Shown here piece after piece: positions 10,047 to 19,717 of a DNA stretch of 64,000 bases (position 1 is its first letter; each line of letters starts with the position of its first letter). The stretch comes from an uncultured Solirubrobacterales bacterium (GTDB lineage Bacteria > Actinomycetota > Thermoleophilia > Solirubrobacterales > 70-9): the NCBI GenBank assembly GCA_963777575.1, contig CAVZRH010000012.1, positions 14,714-78,713 on the forward strand. Reading direction: 5' to 3'. The position numbers and the translations under genes were made by a program. Under the pieces are notes generated by a model. The model saw nothing but the letters and a program-made list of their open reading frames with translations. It made no database searches and was not told where the DNA came from.

Positions 10047-10492
10047 TCCAACATCCCCTCCAGCAGCTCGGCGGCGCGCTCCAGGGTGCGGCGGTCCTCG
10101 GCCGGAAGCCTGTCGAGCCGGCTCGCCAGATACGCGGTCTTGCGGGCCCGGAGCCGCTTCAGGTGGGTGCGCCCGGCGGCGGTGATGCTGACGATCGAGC
10201 CACGGCCGTCCTCCGGGTCCTTGACGCGCGCGACCAGGGCCGCCTCCTCCAGGTGGCGGAGGATCCGGGTCGCGGTCGGGCGCTTGATGCGCTCGGCGTC
10301 GGCGAGCTCGCTCGGAGAGAGCGGGCCATGCCGCTCGATCGTGGCAAGGGCCGCGACCTGCGAGGGACCGAGGTCGGTACCGGCCTCCTGGCGCAGACGG
10401 CGGGCGAGCCGGGTGATCGTCCAGCGAAGCCGGGGGGCGAGTTCCTCGCGGATCTCGCTTGGGGTTTCCGGGGGTGTCAAAGTAGTTCGCAT
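10043..10492 (-). CDS. MarR family transcriptional regulator
   Basis: 149 aa with LGPSQVAALATIERHGPLSPSELADAERIKRPTATRILRHLEEAALVARVKDPEDGR (winged HTH). It is translationally coupled to the downstream MFS gene. Confidence 0.9.
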   Translation of the reverse strand: MRTTLTPPETPSEIREELAPRLRWTITRLARRLRQEAGTDLGPSQVAALATIERHGPLSPSELADAERIKRPTATRILRHLEEAALVARVKDPEDGRGSIVSITAAGRTHLKRLRARKTAYLASRLDRLPAEDRRTLERAAELLEGMLE

Positions 10493-10493
10493 T

Positions 10494-10503
10494 GCTAATT
10501 AGC
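10494..10503. promoter_or_regulatory. Perfect 10-bp palindrome directly upstream of marR; candidate MarR operator
   Basis: gctaattagc lies 2 nt upstream of the marR start codon, in an AT-richer patch. Confidence 0.3.
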
Positions 10504-10562
10504 TTAGCGTACCAATCGCCTGAGGTCAACACCGGACCGGTGCGCCTGAGACAATCGCGCCC

Positions 10563-11564
10563 GTGCGGCGCGCGGCGATCATCGGTCTCGCCCTGGCGCT
10601 CGTCGCCTGCGGTCTGGCGGTCGCGAAGAAGAAGCATCACCACGGCAAGCTGCCGAGAGGGCCCTACCCCAGCCTGGGCGCCTGCTCCGCGTTCCCCAAG
10701 TCCTCGGCCGCTGCCAATGCGCCCTCGGCGGCCGACGAGTCCGCCTGGAACCAGGACATCTCCCAGGCGCCGCTCGATCCCAACTCCGCCGGCTACATCG
10801 CCTACATCAATGCCCACGGCGGCGACTCCGTCCACCCCGACTTCGGCTCGCCGCCCGAGTACGGCTTCCCCTACGCCGTGGTGGGCAAGAAGCAGAAGCG
10901 GACGAAGGTCCACTTCACGGCCTACGGCGACGAGTCCGACCACGGCGCCTACCGCGTCCCGCTGAAGGCGCTGGTCGAGGGCGGCCAGGCATCCGACGGC
11001 GACCGCCATGTGCTGGCCGTCGACCGCAAGCGCTGCAAGCTGTACGAGCTCTACCGCGCCTTCGCGCAGAAGCGGCCGAAGCCCCACTGGAACGCGGACG
11101 GAGGCGTGATCTGGAACCTGCGCTCGGCCGCGCTGCGAACCGACGGCTTCACCTCGGCCGACGCCGCCGGACTGCCGATCTTCCCCGGCCTGGCCCGCTT
11201 CGACGAGGCCGCCTCGGGCCACATCGACCACGCGCTGCGCGTCACCGTCAGCTCGACCCGGGACGCCTGGATCCACCCCGCCTCTCACTGCGCCGGATCG
11301 GGAAGCGACCCGAGTGCCCCGCCGATGGGCCTGCGCCTGCGCCTCTCGGCCGGCTACGACATCTCCGGGTTCACCGGACCGGCGCGTGCGATCGCCGTCG
11401 CGCTCAAGCAGTACGGGCTGATCGTCGCCGACAACGGCTCGAACTGGTTCATCTCCGGGACCTCCGACCGCCGCTGGCCGGACGAGAACCTCGACCAGCT
11501 CAAGTCGATCCCGGGTGCGGCCTTCCAGGTCGTACAAAGTGCCGCAGCCGTGCAGCCCTGCTGA
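10563..11564 (+). CDS. Secreted lipoprotein of unknown function
   Basis: 333-aa ORF with strong GC3 bias and a lipobox (LALALVAC). I recognised no domain. Confidence 0.7.
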   Translation: MRRAAIIGLALALVACGLAVAKKKHHHGKLPRGPYPSLGACSAFPKSSAAANAPSAADESAWNQDISQAPLDPNSAGYIAYINAHGGDSVHPDFGSPPEYGFPYAVVGKKQKRTKVHFTAYGDESDHGAYRVPLKALVEGGQASDGDRHVLAVDRKRCKLYELYRAFAQKRPKPHWNADGGVIWNLRSAALRTDGFTSADAAGLPIFPGLARFDEAASGHIDHALRVTVSSTRDAWIHPASHCAGSGSDPSAPPMGLRLRLSAGYDISGFTGPARAIAVALKQYGLIVADNGSNWFISGTSDRRWPDENLDQLKSIPGAAFQVVQSAAAVQPC

Positions 11565-12435
11565 CCACGGAGTCCGGCGAACTCACCATTCGCACGCCGA
11601 TGAAGGCCAGCACCAGGCCGATCACGGCGCCCAGCTGGAGGGGCTGGCCGAGGAACGCCGCACCACCGATCGCGGTGGTCGCCGGCACCAGGTAGAGGAA
11701 GCTGGTCGCCTCGCCGCTCTTCTCCCGCTTCAGGAGCCAGAAGAAGAGCATCACGGCGCCGATCGAGAGGCCGAAGATGAGCCAGGCCAGAGGCGCGAGC
11801 GCCCCCGCGCCCAGGTCGAAATTCGACGTCAGCGCGGTCAGCGGAGCGATCACGGCCGCCGCGACGAAGAGCTGGATCGTGTTGGCCGCGCGCGGATCGA
11901 CCTCGGCCCCGCCCACGCGCTGGACCAGGGTCCCTCCCACCAGCCCGGCCAGGCCCATGACCGCGAAGAGGAAGCCGACCGCAGAGCCGGCGCCGTCGAG
12001 CTCCTCGATCACGGCGAAGACGACGCCGGCGACGCCGATCACGGAGCCGACCCACTGCACCGGCCTCAGATGCTCGTCGAGCAGGAGGGTGGCGAGAACG
12101 GCGACGAGCAGCGGGCTCGAACCGGCGAGCAGGGCCGTGAGCCCGGCGGAGACGCCGTGGTCGAGCGCGAGGAAGATCCCGACGAACTGAGCGGCCTGGA
12201 GCAGGAGGCCGACGACGACCATCTCCAGCACCGTCCGCAGGTCCCGCGGCCACTCGACTTGCGAAATCAAGGCGATCGCGGCCATCACCAGGGCCGCAAT
12301 GCTCATTCGCCAGAAGAGGATCGAAAGCCCGGACGCGTGCCGGACCGCGAGCGTGCCGACGATGAAGCCGGAGGACCAGACGGGGACCATCACGGCCTTG
12401 GCGAGTCGAAGCCTCGAGTCGGGCGGCTGCCGCAC
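11500..12435 (-). CDS. EamA/DMT family transporter
   Basis: About ten hydrophobic segments and two EamA-like halves (VPVWSSGFIVG...; LYLVPATTAIGGAAFLGQPL). GTG start at 12435 (alternative ATG at 12390). Confidence 0.8.
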   Translation of the reverse strand: MRQPPDSRLRLAKAVMVPVWSSGFIVGTLAVRHASGLSILFWRMSIAALVMAAIALISQVEWPRDLRTVLEMVVVGLLLQAAQFVGIFLALDHGVSAGLTALLAGSSPLLVAVLATLLLDEHLRPVQWVGSVIGVAGVVFAVIEELDGAGSAVGFLFAVMGLAGLVGGTLVQRVGGAEVDPRAANTIQLFVAAAVIAPLTALTSNFDLGAGALAPLAWLIFGLSIGAVMLFFWLLKREKSGEATSFLYLVPATTAIGGAAFLGQPLQLGAVIGLVLAFIGVRMVSSPDSVVSRAARLRHFVRPGRPHPGST

Positions 12436-12517
12436 GCGGGTTCGCTCATCTCTAAGCCCTTTCTCTCGAAGGTCACCGAGATAAACGTCAGCGACCGGCC
12501 GGCGTGTGAGGGTCGGG

Positions 12518-13848
12518 TCAGCCGCCGCGGGCCGCGTTGACGAGCTGCGGCGGCGGGGTGATCGTCTGGGCGAGCGTGAAGGTGTCGCCCGCCCGCTGCA
12601 CACTGATCGGCGCGGGGACGGGATCGCCGGTGGGAGTGATCGTGAAGCTGCCGGTGATGCCGTCCTCGATCTTCGTCTTGAAGAGCTCAGAGATGGTGCC
12701 GGCGCGCGTGCTGCCCTGCCTGATCGCCTCGAGCAGGACCCCCGCGGCCTGGCCCGCGTAGGGAGCAAAGACCTCGACCGGCTGCTCGCCGATCTGAGCC
12801 TTCAGCTCCTTGACGAAGACGTCGCCCGCGCCGGTGAGCGAACCCGGCACCTTGCCCGGGAGGCTCACGTACATCCCCCTCGCGTCCGGGCCGGTGTTGT
12901 CGATCGTGGCCTGTTGGGCGAAGCCGTCGAAGGCGAACAGCTTGACGGCCCCGTCGTTCGGGCCGAGCGCCGCCGCCTTGTCGCGGATCAGCTGCACGCC
13001 GTTCTGCTCGAGGATCCCCGCCAGCACCACCGCGTCGGCTCCCGAATGGCTTCACCTTCTCCATCAGGACCGTGTAGTCGTCCGCATTCGGGTCGAAGTG
13101 CGCGGATCCCCGGCGACGAGCATGCCGAGCGCCGCAGCGGCGCGACTGGAAGGTCATCGCCTGTCCCAGCGCTGGTCGGATCGTCGCCGCGATACAGGAC
13201 GAACGGCCTCTTCACCCCGATGTCCTGGGCGAAGCTCGCGAGCCCGGCGCCCTGGACGGCGTCGTTCGGCACGACCCGAATGTAGTTGCGGGTGCCCGAG
13301 GGGAAGTAGACGTCGGGCTCGTCCTTCGCGCAGAGGGTCGGGCTCGGCTGGGTCAGGCAGACGAAGGTGTTGCCCGGAGAGACCATCGCCAGGCCGCCGC
13401 CCGGCGCCTGGTTCAGGATCGGCATCTCGATCGCGGCGCAGCCCGAGTTGTAGGTGCCGATCACGCCGATCACATCGGGGTTGGCGGCGTACGCCTGGGC
13501 GTTCGAGCGGCAGGTGGCCTCATCCCACTCGCCAGTCGTGCCGATCGAGTCGTCGCAGGCCTGGAAGGCGACCTGGGTCTTCTGCCCGGCCTGCCAGCCC
13601 TTGCGCGCGAGCTCCTGAACGATCGCGTTGTTCATCTGTCTCGAGCGCTCGGCCGAGTCGCCCTTCAGCGGCAGGTCCGAGACGATCAGCTTGGAGGCGT
13701 CGCTGCTGCCGGCGTACTGAACATCGCCGCAGTCGGCGTCGACGGCCTGGATCGCGCCGATTTTGCTGTCGCCGCCGCAGGCCGAGATCGCGAGCGCGGC
13801 GACAACGGCCACTGCGGCCCCCAGGACGAGTGCGAGGCGCCGAGACAC
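12518..13848 (-). pseudogene. Branched-chain amino acid (LivK/type I periplasmic) ABC substrate-binding lipoprotein, with three or more frame changes between about 13035 and 13190
   Basis: N-terminal part (12988-13848) has lipobox LAISAC and VIGVIGTYNSGCA. The C-terminal part lies in ORF 12518-13030. The middle pieces (ALGQAMTFQS / AAAALGMLVAG / HFDPNADDYTVLMEKVK / SGADAVVLAG) sit in different frames. No cognate permease or ATPase genes are adjacent. Confidence 0.75.
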
Positions 13849-13865
13849 GCGCGCACCCTAGTTGC

Positions 13866-14864
13866 TCAGGCGGCTGCCTTCGCTGCCTGGCGCTCCGGAG
13901 TGATCCGCACGACGTCCCAGGCGAGGCCGACCTTCTCGAGCGTCCAGATCACCGCGGCGGAGGGATCGAGCTGGGTCCGCTTCATCCCGTGGACCGCCGA
14001 GGTCGGGAAGGCGTGATGCGAGTTGTGCCAGGCCTCGCCCAGCGTCGGCAAGGCGAGCCAGGCGAGGTTCCGCGACTCGTCGGTCGTCTCGAAGTCGCGC
14101 TTGCCGAACATGTGGCAGAGCGAGTTGATCGAGTAGGTGACGTGGTGCAAGACCATCATTCGCACGGCGCCTCCCCAGAGCAACCCGGTGACGCCGGCCA
14201 TGACCGTGCCGCCGATCGCCCAGCCGATGAAGAAGGCTGCGATGAACCCCGCCACCGCCCAGAGCAGGAAGGTCCGGTCGACGTAGCTGACGACCGGGTC
14301 CTTCAGTAGGTCCGGCGCGAAGCGTTCCTTGGAGCCGCGCTGGGTGTGGATGAAGAGCCAGCCGAGGTGGGCGTGGAAGAAGCCCTTGAACTGGGCGAGG
14401 ACCCCCTCGCCGTGGCCGACGTGGGGGCTGTGCGGATCGCCCTCCTCGTCGGAGAAGGCGTGGTGCTTCCGGTGGTCTGCGACCCAGGAGATGATCGGGC
14501 CCTCAACCGCGGCTGAGCCGAGCACTGCGAGGACCGCGCGAGTTCGCGGCCCGGTCTTGAAGGCCCGGTGGGTGAAAAGTCGATGGAAGCCGACCGTGAT
14601 CCCCAGGCCGGTCGGGATGTAGAGAAGCGCGAAGACCACCAGATCGCTCCAGCGCAGCCAGCTGCCCGCCAGCTGCCAGGCGACGAAGCCCAGCAACAGG
14701 AAGGGGATGATCGTGAGCGCGCCGGTGATGATCCGGTCGCGGGTCTCGTGCTCGACCGGCTGAATCGCGTCCGCGAGGGGGTTGCGAGGCTTCAAGGCCT
14801 TCGGGGGCGCCGTGGTGGTCGACGGACCGGTTGGCGTGGCCGTCGCTCCAGCAACGTCCGACAT
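13866..14864 (-). CDS. Acyl-CoA (stearoyl-CoA type, delta-9) fatty acid desaturase
   Basis: Three His boxes are present: HRLFTHR, HRKHH and HNSHH. It also has membrane-spanning segments. Confidence 0.9.
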   Translation of the reverse strand: MSDVAGATATPTGPSTTTAPPKALKPRNPLADAIQPVEHETRDRIITGALTIIPFLLLGFVAWQLAGSWLRWSDLVVFALLYIPTGLGITVGFHRLFTHRAFKTGPRTRAVLAVLGSAAVEGPIISWVADHRKHHAFSDEEGDPHSPHVGHGEGVLAQFKGFFHAHLGWLFIHTQRGSKERFAPDLLKDPVVSYVDRTFLLWAVAGFIAAFFIGWAIGGTVMAGVTGLLWGGAVRMMVLHHVTYSINSLCHMFGKRDFETTDESRNLAWLALPTLGEAWHNSHHAFPTSAVHGMKRTQLDPSAAVIWTLEKVGLAWDVVRITPERQAAKAAA

Positions 14865-15021
14865 CTTTTCTCCTTTGATTGGTCCTGACCGGGTCGCTCC
14901 GACTCACGCCGTCGTGACTCGAGTACCGGATGAGCCACCCTAGCGGGATTTCCTAACGCTGTGGTGAGGAGTTCGGCAACCCTAACCTGAACTGAACCCG
15001 CGACGGCGCTAGGGTCGGCAT

Positions 15022-16264
15022 ATGTCCACGGAGCCACTCGTCAAGGAGATCGAGCGCGCCTTCCCCCAGAGGCCTTTCTCGATCGAGCTCTGGGACGGCT
15101 CGAAGGTGCCCTCCACCGACACGAATGGCGGCGGTCCCACCTTCAGGGCTCGCTCCGAGGACGCGATCGCCTACGCGGTCTCGGCGCCCGGGCAGCTCGG
15201 GCTGGGGCGCGCCTACGTCGCCGGCGCGATCGAGGTCGACGACATGGACGCCGTCATCGGACTGCTCAACGACTGGCAGCCGCCTCCGGTGGGAGCGGCG
15301 GCGAAGGCCCGGCTGATCGCCGCCGCCGTGCGAGCCGCCGGCGTGCGCCGTCCTCCGCCGGCACCGAAGGCCGAGATCCACCTCCGCGGCCGCAAGCACA
15401 CCTCCGAGCGCGACCGCGAGGCCGTCCGCCACCACTACGACGTCGGCAACGAGTTCTTCTCGCTCTTCCTCGACAAGTCGATGACCTACTCCTGCGCCTT
15501 CTTCTCCCGCGTCCCGAAGCCGAAGGGATTTCTCTCGGGCGACCGGCCGCCGACCCTCGAGGAGGCCCAGGAGGCGAAGCTCGACCTGGTCTGCACCAAG
15601 CTCGCGCTGCAGCAGGGCGAGCGGGTGCTCGACGTCGGCTGCGGCTGGGGCAGCTTCGTGATGCACGCGGCGCAGCGCTACGGCGTCGAGGCGGTCGGCA
15701 TCACGCTCTCGGAGAACTCAGGCGGAGCTGGCCCGCAAGCGAGTCGCCGACGCGGGCCTCGCCGACCGGGTCGAGATCCGGGTGCAGGACTACCGCGAGC
15801 TCGCCGGCGAGCAGTTCGATGCCGTCGCCTCGATCGGGATGGTCGAGCACGTCGGCGAGGCGCAGATCGACCGCTACGCCGAGCAGCTCGCCTCGATGCT
15901 CGGGCCCGGCGGCCGCCTGCTGAACCACGGCATCTCCCGCCTCAAGCACGGCAGCGTCGAGGGCGGCCCCTTCTCCGAGCGCTACGTCTTCCCCGACGGC
16001 GAGACGCTGCACGTCTCGCGGGTGATCCTGGCGCTGGAGCGGGCCGGGTTCATCGCCCGGCACGTCGAGGAGTTCGGCGCCGACTACGCCGAGACGCTGC
16101 GGCACTGGATCGCGAACCTCGACGCGAACCTCGAGCGGGCCGAGCAGATCGCCGGCCCGGAGCGGCTGCGGGTCTGGCGTCTCTACCTGCGGGCGGCCCG
16201 GAACGGCTTCGAGATCGACTTCACGTCGGTCTACCAGGTGCTCTGCCGGCTGGGCTCGACGTAG
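15022..16264 (+). pseudogene. cfa: Cyclopropane-fatty-acyl-phospholipid synthase family methyltransferase; frame change near 15717
   Basis: [14 protein letters not shown] and the SAM motif [11 protein letters not shown] lie in the frame of ORF 15022-16644. [14 protein letters not shown]...[13 protein letters not shown]...[10 protein letters not shown] lie in the frame of ORF 15782-16264. Confidence 0.85.
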
Positions 16265-16437
16265 CAGATCGCCTGAGGTCGCGCTGCCCGCCCCGGCCGC
16301 CGCGATCCGGCTTCCGTTCCCGGGGCTGCTACCGTCCCGACCCGTTAGGCCGGAGTACCGGCAAAGTTGTGCGTAGCGCTCGCGTTGTTGCAGCATTTTG
16401 CTTCCTCGCGTTCGCAGCACAGGTAAGAGGAGGCGAG

Positions 16438-16644
16438 ATGCCTACCGGAACCGTTAAGTGGTTCAGCAATGACAAGGGCTACGGGTTCATCACACCCGAC
16501 GATGGCTCCAACGATGTGTTCGTCCATTTCAGCTCGATCGAGGGCGACGGCTACCGCTCGCTCGAAGAGGGCGCGAAGGTCGAGTACGAGACCGAGCAGG
16601 GCCCGAAGGGCCCGGCGGCGACTGGCGTGAAGCCCGTCGCATAG
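16438..16644 (+). CDS. cspA: Cold-shock protein (CspA family)
   Basis: [34 protein letters not shown] (RNP1/RNP2 motifs). RBS aagaggagg upstream. About 170 nt of untranslated sequence lies upstream. Confidence 0.95.
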   Translation: MPTGTVKWFSNDKGYGFITPDDGSNDVFVHFSSIEGDGYRSLEEGAKVEYETEQGPKGPAATGVKPVA

Positions 16645-16669
16645 CTCGTCGGAACCACAGACTTAAGGG

Positions 16670-16700
16670 AAGGGCCCTCCAGAGAGGGCCCTTTTCTTTT
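16670..16700 (+). terminator. Rho-independent terminator downstream of cspA (could act in both directions)
   Basis: aagggccctc-caga-gagggccctt followed by ttctttt. Confidence 0.8.
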
Positions 16701-16723
16701 GGGCGACCGCCGAGGTAGTGGCG

Positions 16724-17395
16724 CTACTTCCTACGGGTGCGGGTGCGCGACGGCGTGCTCGAGCTCGTTCCGCGGGGGCGTCGCCGGGGGCGACGACGCT
16801 GCGCGCGCTGGTCGCGAGGGATCTCGTCCTTGACCAGGTCCTTGACGAGCCGCGGTAGCTCGGCGTCGAGGAACTTCGCCATGCGCTCCTCGTCGCGCCG
16901 GACGCCCCGTGCGAGCTTGGCAGTTTCGGAGTCGCCGACCTCCTCCGCCAGAGTCTCGAGCCGCGTGTAGAGCGCGATCTCGACGTGCTCCTCGCGGAGC
17001 TCCTCCTGGGCGTTACGGAGATGCGTCTCGGGCTGGCTCGTGACGAGAGCGCGCGCCGCGCCGACCTGGCCCTTGACGCCGGCGACGGCCTTGCCTGCGG
17101 CCTCGCCGACTATGGGAACCGGCGCGCTCTTCACGGAGGGCGTGCCGCCCAGCTTCTTGATGCGCCGCGCGACCGTGCGCTTGTGGTCTCGGGTCTCCTT
17201 GAGGTGCTGCTGCAGTCGCTTCTTGTACGGCGCCTTCTTGGTCAGCTTGATGTGCGCCGCGAGATCGGCCTCCAATTCGGCTTCCTTCGCGTACGCGTCG
17301 TTCAACCACTGAACAAGCTTCGTCTCACTTTCGTTCACGTTCCCGTCCCTCAGGTTGGTTTCGCTCCCGGTTACCCGGGTTCCCGTCTCTGACAC
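16724..17395 (-). CDS. Ferritin-like DUF892 (YciE/YciF-type) stress protein with an Arg-rich tail
   Basis: LVQWLNDAYAKEAELEADLAAHIKLT...LQQHLKETRDHKRTVARRIKKLGG...EEHVEIALYTRLETLAEEVGD. Confidence 0.75.
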   Translation of the reverse strand: MSETGTRVTGSETNLRDGNVNESETKLVQWLNDAYAKEAELEADLAAHIKLTKKAPYKKRLQQHLKETRDHKRTVARRIKKLGGTPSVKSAPVPIVGEAAGKAVAGVKGQVGAARALVTSQPETHLRNAQEELREEHVEIALYTRLETLAEEVGDSETAKLARGVRRDEERMAKFLDAELPRLVKDLVKDEIPRDQRAQRRRPRRRPRGTSSSTPSRTRTRRK

Positions 17396-17459
17396 ACGTC
17401 AGTCGGAGAGGGTCGCCGCGTGACCCGGCTGGTCCTGCGGGTGATAGACATGGCCCGAG

Positions 17460-18131
17460 GTGGCCACCTTCTGCCTGATCCATGGCGCCTGGCACGGCCC
17501 GGACTGCTGGGATCAGCTCGCGCCGCGGCTGGAGGAGCGAGGACACGACGTTCTGACCCCGGACCTGCCGCTGCACGATCCGGAGGCGGGATTCGACGAG
17601 CGGGTGCGGCCGGCCCTCGAGGCGCTCGATGGAGTCGATGATCCGCTCGTCATCGTCGGCCACTCGCAGGGGACCGCGTATTCGTGTCTGCTCGCGGCCG
17701 AGCGCCCGGACTCGCTGCTGGTCTACCTCTGCCCCAGGCTGAACGGCTTCGAGCCACCGGCCGGAGCACCGGACATGTTCCGGGAGGGATTCCCGTTCCC
17801 CGCCGACAGGCCGGATGGCACCAGCGTCTGGGACGCCGACGCCGCGATCAGCGCGATGTACCCGCGCCTGCCACCTGACACCGCTCGGTCGCTCGCGGAG
17901 CACACGCGCCCGATGGCCATGGCGCAGGACGATTACCCGCTCGACGCTCCTCCCGGCAACCCGAGCGTCCTCATCTACGCCGCGGAGGACGAGTTCTTCC
18001 AGCCGGACTGGGAGAGGTTCATGGCGCGCGAGCTGCTCGGCGTCGAGCCGATCGAGATCCCCGGTGGCCACTTCCCGATGGCCGAGGACCCCGACGGCCT
18101 CGCCGAGCTCCTCGATCGCCTCGCGAGCTAG
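17460..18131 (+). CDS. Alpha/beta hydrolase (small, AB_hydrolase_6-like)
   Basis: FCLIHGAWHGPDCW, nucleophile elbow IVGHSQG, and C-terminal GGHFPMAEDP. GTG start. Confidence 0.8.
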   Translation: MATFCLIHGAWHGPDCWDQLAPRLEERGHDVLTPDLPLHDPEAGFDERVRPALEALDGVDDPLVIVGHSQGTAYSCLLAAERPDSLLVYLCPRLNGFEPPAGAPDMFREGFPFPADRPDGTSVWDADAAISAMYPRLPPDTARSLAEHTRPMAMAQDDYPLDAPPGNPSVLIYAAEDEFFQPDWERFMARELLGVEPIEIPGGHFPMAEDPDGLAELLDRLAS

Positions 18132-18223
18132 GAGACGGCGCTCACCTGTCGGGCTTAACGCGCGGAAATCCGGGCATAGATCTTGTAGGTCAGAAAACGT
18201 TGATCCAGGAGGGATCACTGCAG

Positions 18224-18421
18224 ATGTCGAAGGACGAATCAGAACCGGACACGGACGACGCCGTCCCCGCGCGCAAGAAGCAGATCTTCCGCTACCGCGG
18301 CGGCGACCCAGTCACCTTCATGACCACACGGTTGCCCGGGGCGGACTCCACTCGCGACGACCGGATTCGCGCCGGCTGGCGTCGCCTGGCGCACGAAGGC
18401 CGCGTCAAGCTTCCGAGCTGA
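18224..18421 (+). CDS. Small hypothetical protein (65 aa)
   Basis: RBS aggaggg lies 8 nt upstream of the ATG. GC3-rich. No recognisable domain. Confidence 0.4.
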   Translation: MSKDESEPDTDDAVPARKKQIFRYRGGDPVTFMTTRLPGADSTRDDRIRAGWRRLAHEGRVKLPS

Positions 18422-18455
18422 GCCGCGCCACAGAGGCAACGGGCGAAGCCGCCGC

Positions 18456-19448
18456 TCAGCGGTGCGTCACGCCCTCCCTGACGAAGTTCGCACGCCTCGG
18501 CTCGGTGACGGCGACGTCGGCGAGGGCGTCGTCGATCGCGCCGAGGGTGTTCTGGTCGAGCTTCACGCCGGCAGCCTCGGCGTTGTGATGCACCTGCTCG
18601 GGGCGTGAGGCGCCGATGATCACCGAGGCGAGATTGTCCTGGCGCAGGCACCAGGCGAGCGCCATGGTGGCCATCGAGATGCCGGCGTCCTCGGCGATCG
18701 GGACGAGGCGCTGGACGGCCTCCAGGACCTCGTCGCCGCGGTAGCGATCCATCATCGCTCCCATCTCCTCCGAGGCGGCCCGGGAGTCCTCGGGCGGCGG
18801 CTCGCCCGGGCTGTACTTGCCGGTCAGCACTCCCTGGGCGAGCGGCGACCAGACGATCTGTGAGATGCCGTGCTGCTCGCAGAAGGGGATCAGCTCGGCC
18901 TCGGGCGCCCGCCAGATCATGTTGTACTGAGGCTGGGAGGAGACGAACTTCTTCGTATTCGGCACCTCGAGTGAGGCCTCGATCTGCTCGACGGTCCACT
19001 CCGAGAAGCCGATCTGGCGCGCCTTGCCGGCCTCGACCACCTCGGTGAGCGCCTCCATCGTCTCCTCGATCGGAGTGTCGGGGTCGGGGCGGTGGCACTG
19101 GTAGAGGTCGACGTAGTCGGTCTGCAGGCGCTCGAGCGAGGCGTCGATCTGCTCGTGGACCTGCTCGCGGGAGAGGCCGCCGCTGTTCTCGTCCATCGGG
19201 AAGAAGAGCTTGGTGGCGAGGACGAACTCCTCGCGCCTGAAGTTCTTGAGGATCTCGCCCCAGGCCGTCTCGGCCGCGCCGACGCCATAGATGTTGGCGG
19301 TGTCGAAGAAGTTGATCCCGACCTCGAGGGCGGCGATGGTGCAGGCCTCGGTCTGCTCGCGCTCCACCCCACCCGAGTAGGTGAGCCAGGAACCGAGCGA
19401 GATCTCCGAGACCTCGATGTCCGAGTCGCCGAGCTTGCGGAACTCCAT
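18456..19448 (-). CDS. Aldo/keto reductase
   Basis: 330 aa with MEFRKLGDSDIEVSEISLGSW...GINFFDTANIYG...VDLYQCHRPD. Confidence 0.92.
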   Translation of the reverse strand: MEFRKLGDSDIEVSEISLGSWLTYSGGVEREQTEACTIAALEVGINFFDTANIYGVGAAETAWGEILKNFRREEFVLATKLFFPMDENSGGLSREQVHEQIDASLERLQTDYVDLYQCHRPDPDTPIEETMEALTEVVEAGKARQIGFSEWTVEQIEASLEVPNTKKFVSSQPQYNMIWRAPEAELIPFCEQHGISQIVWSPLAQGVLTGKYSPGEPPPEDSRAASEEMGAMMDRYRGDEVLEAVQRLVPIAEDAGISMATMALAWCLRQDNLASVIIGASRPEQVHHNAEAAGVKLDQNTLGAIDDALADVAVTEPRRANFVREGVTHR

Positions 19449-19548
19449 GGGCCCACCCTACCCATGCGGGTTCGTCGGCAATCGGCGGCGAGGCCGCGCC
19501 GACGTGTAAATGCCGGTTCAGCGGGAAAAAGGCTGGTCAGACCTGTTT

Positions 19549-19568
19549 GGGATCCATGGATGGATCCC
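19549..19568. repeat. Perfect 9-bp inverted repeat (gggatccat gg atggatccc)
   Basis: Seen directly, in the divergent intergenic region between the AKR gene and a small zinc-ribbon ORF. Confidence 0.9.
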
Positions 19569-19619
19569 TTTAGGCAGCAAGGATGCGACAACGCAACTTG
19601 GCCGCTCCTTGTGTTGAGG

Positions 19620-19672
19620 GAAGCAGGGAGGTGGCCCGGTGACTAGGTACGCCGGGCCCTCTCCCTGGCTTC
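19620..19672. repeat. Long imperfect hairpin (about 18 bp) upstream of the zinc-ribbon ORF
   Basis: gaagc-agggag..ggcccgg-(12-nt loop)-ccgggcc..ctccct-g-gcttc. Function unknown. Confidence 0.8.
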
Positions 19673-19717
19673 AACCGAGCGCTCAGGAAATCCCTGCTTA
19701 GTGCCGATATAGGGGCA

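Noticed and set aside
8604-10502. 632-aa plus-strand ORF, and the 909-aa minus-strand ORF at 8808-11537
   Set aside because: The plus-strand ORF is antisense to the MFS and marR genes and is Arg/Gly/Asp/Pro-rich with no motifs. The 909-aa ORF is only read-through upstream of the real MFS start. It runs in a different frame through marR and antisense through the lipoprotein gene. Both are typical high-GC open-frame artefacts.
5297-19568. Shared 10-mer CCATGGATGG at the centre of two hairpins (5299-5308 and 19554-19563)
   Set aside because: Only two occurrences were seen. A 10-mer coincidence in 64 kb on two strands is not very improbable, and the flanking arms are unrelated.
19620-19672. Long hairpin considered as a small SRP (4.5S) RNA
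   Set aside because: I could not find the conserved apical GGAA-tetraloop or the symmetric-loop sequence of SRP RNA. It is kept only as an unexplained inverted repeat.
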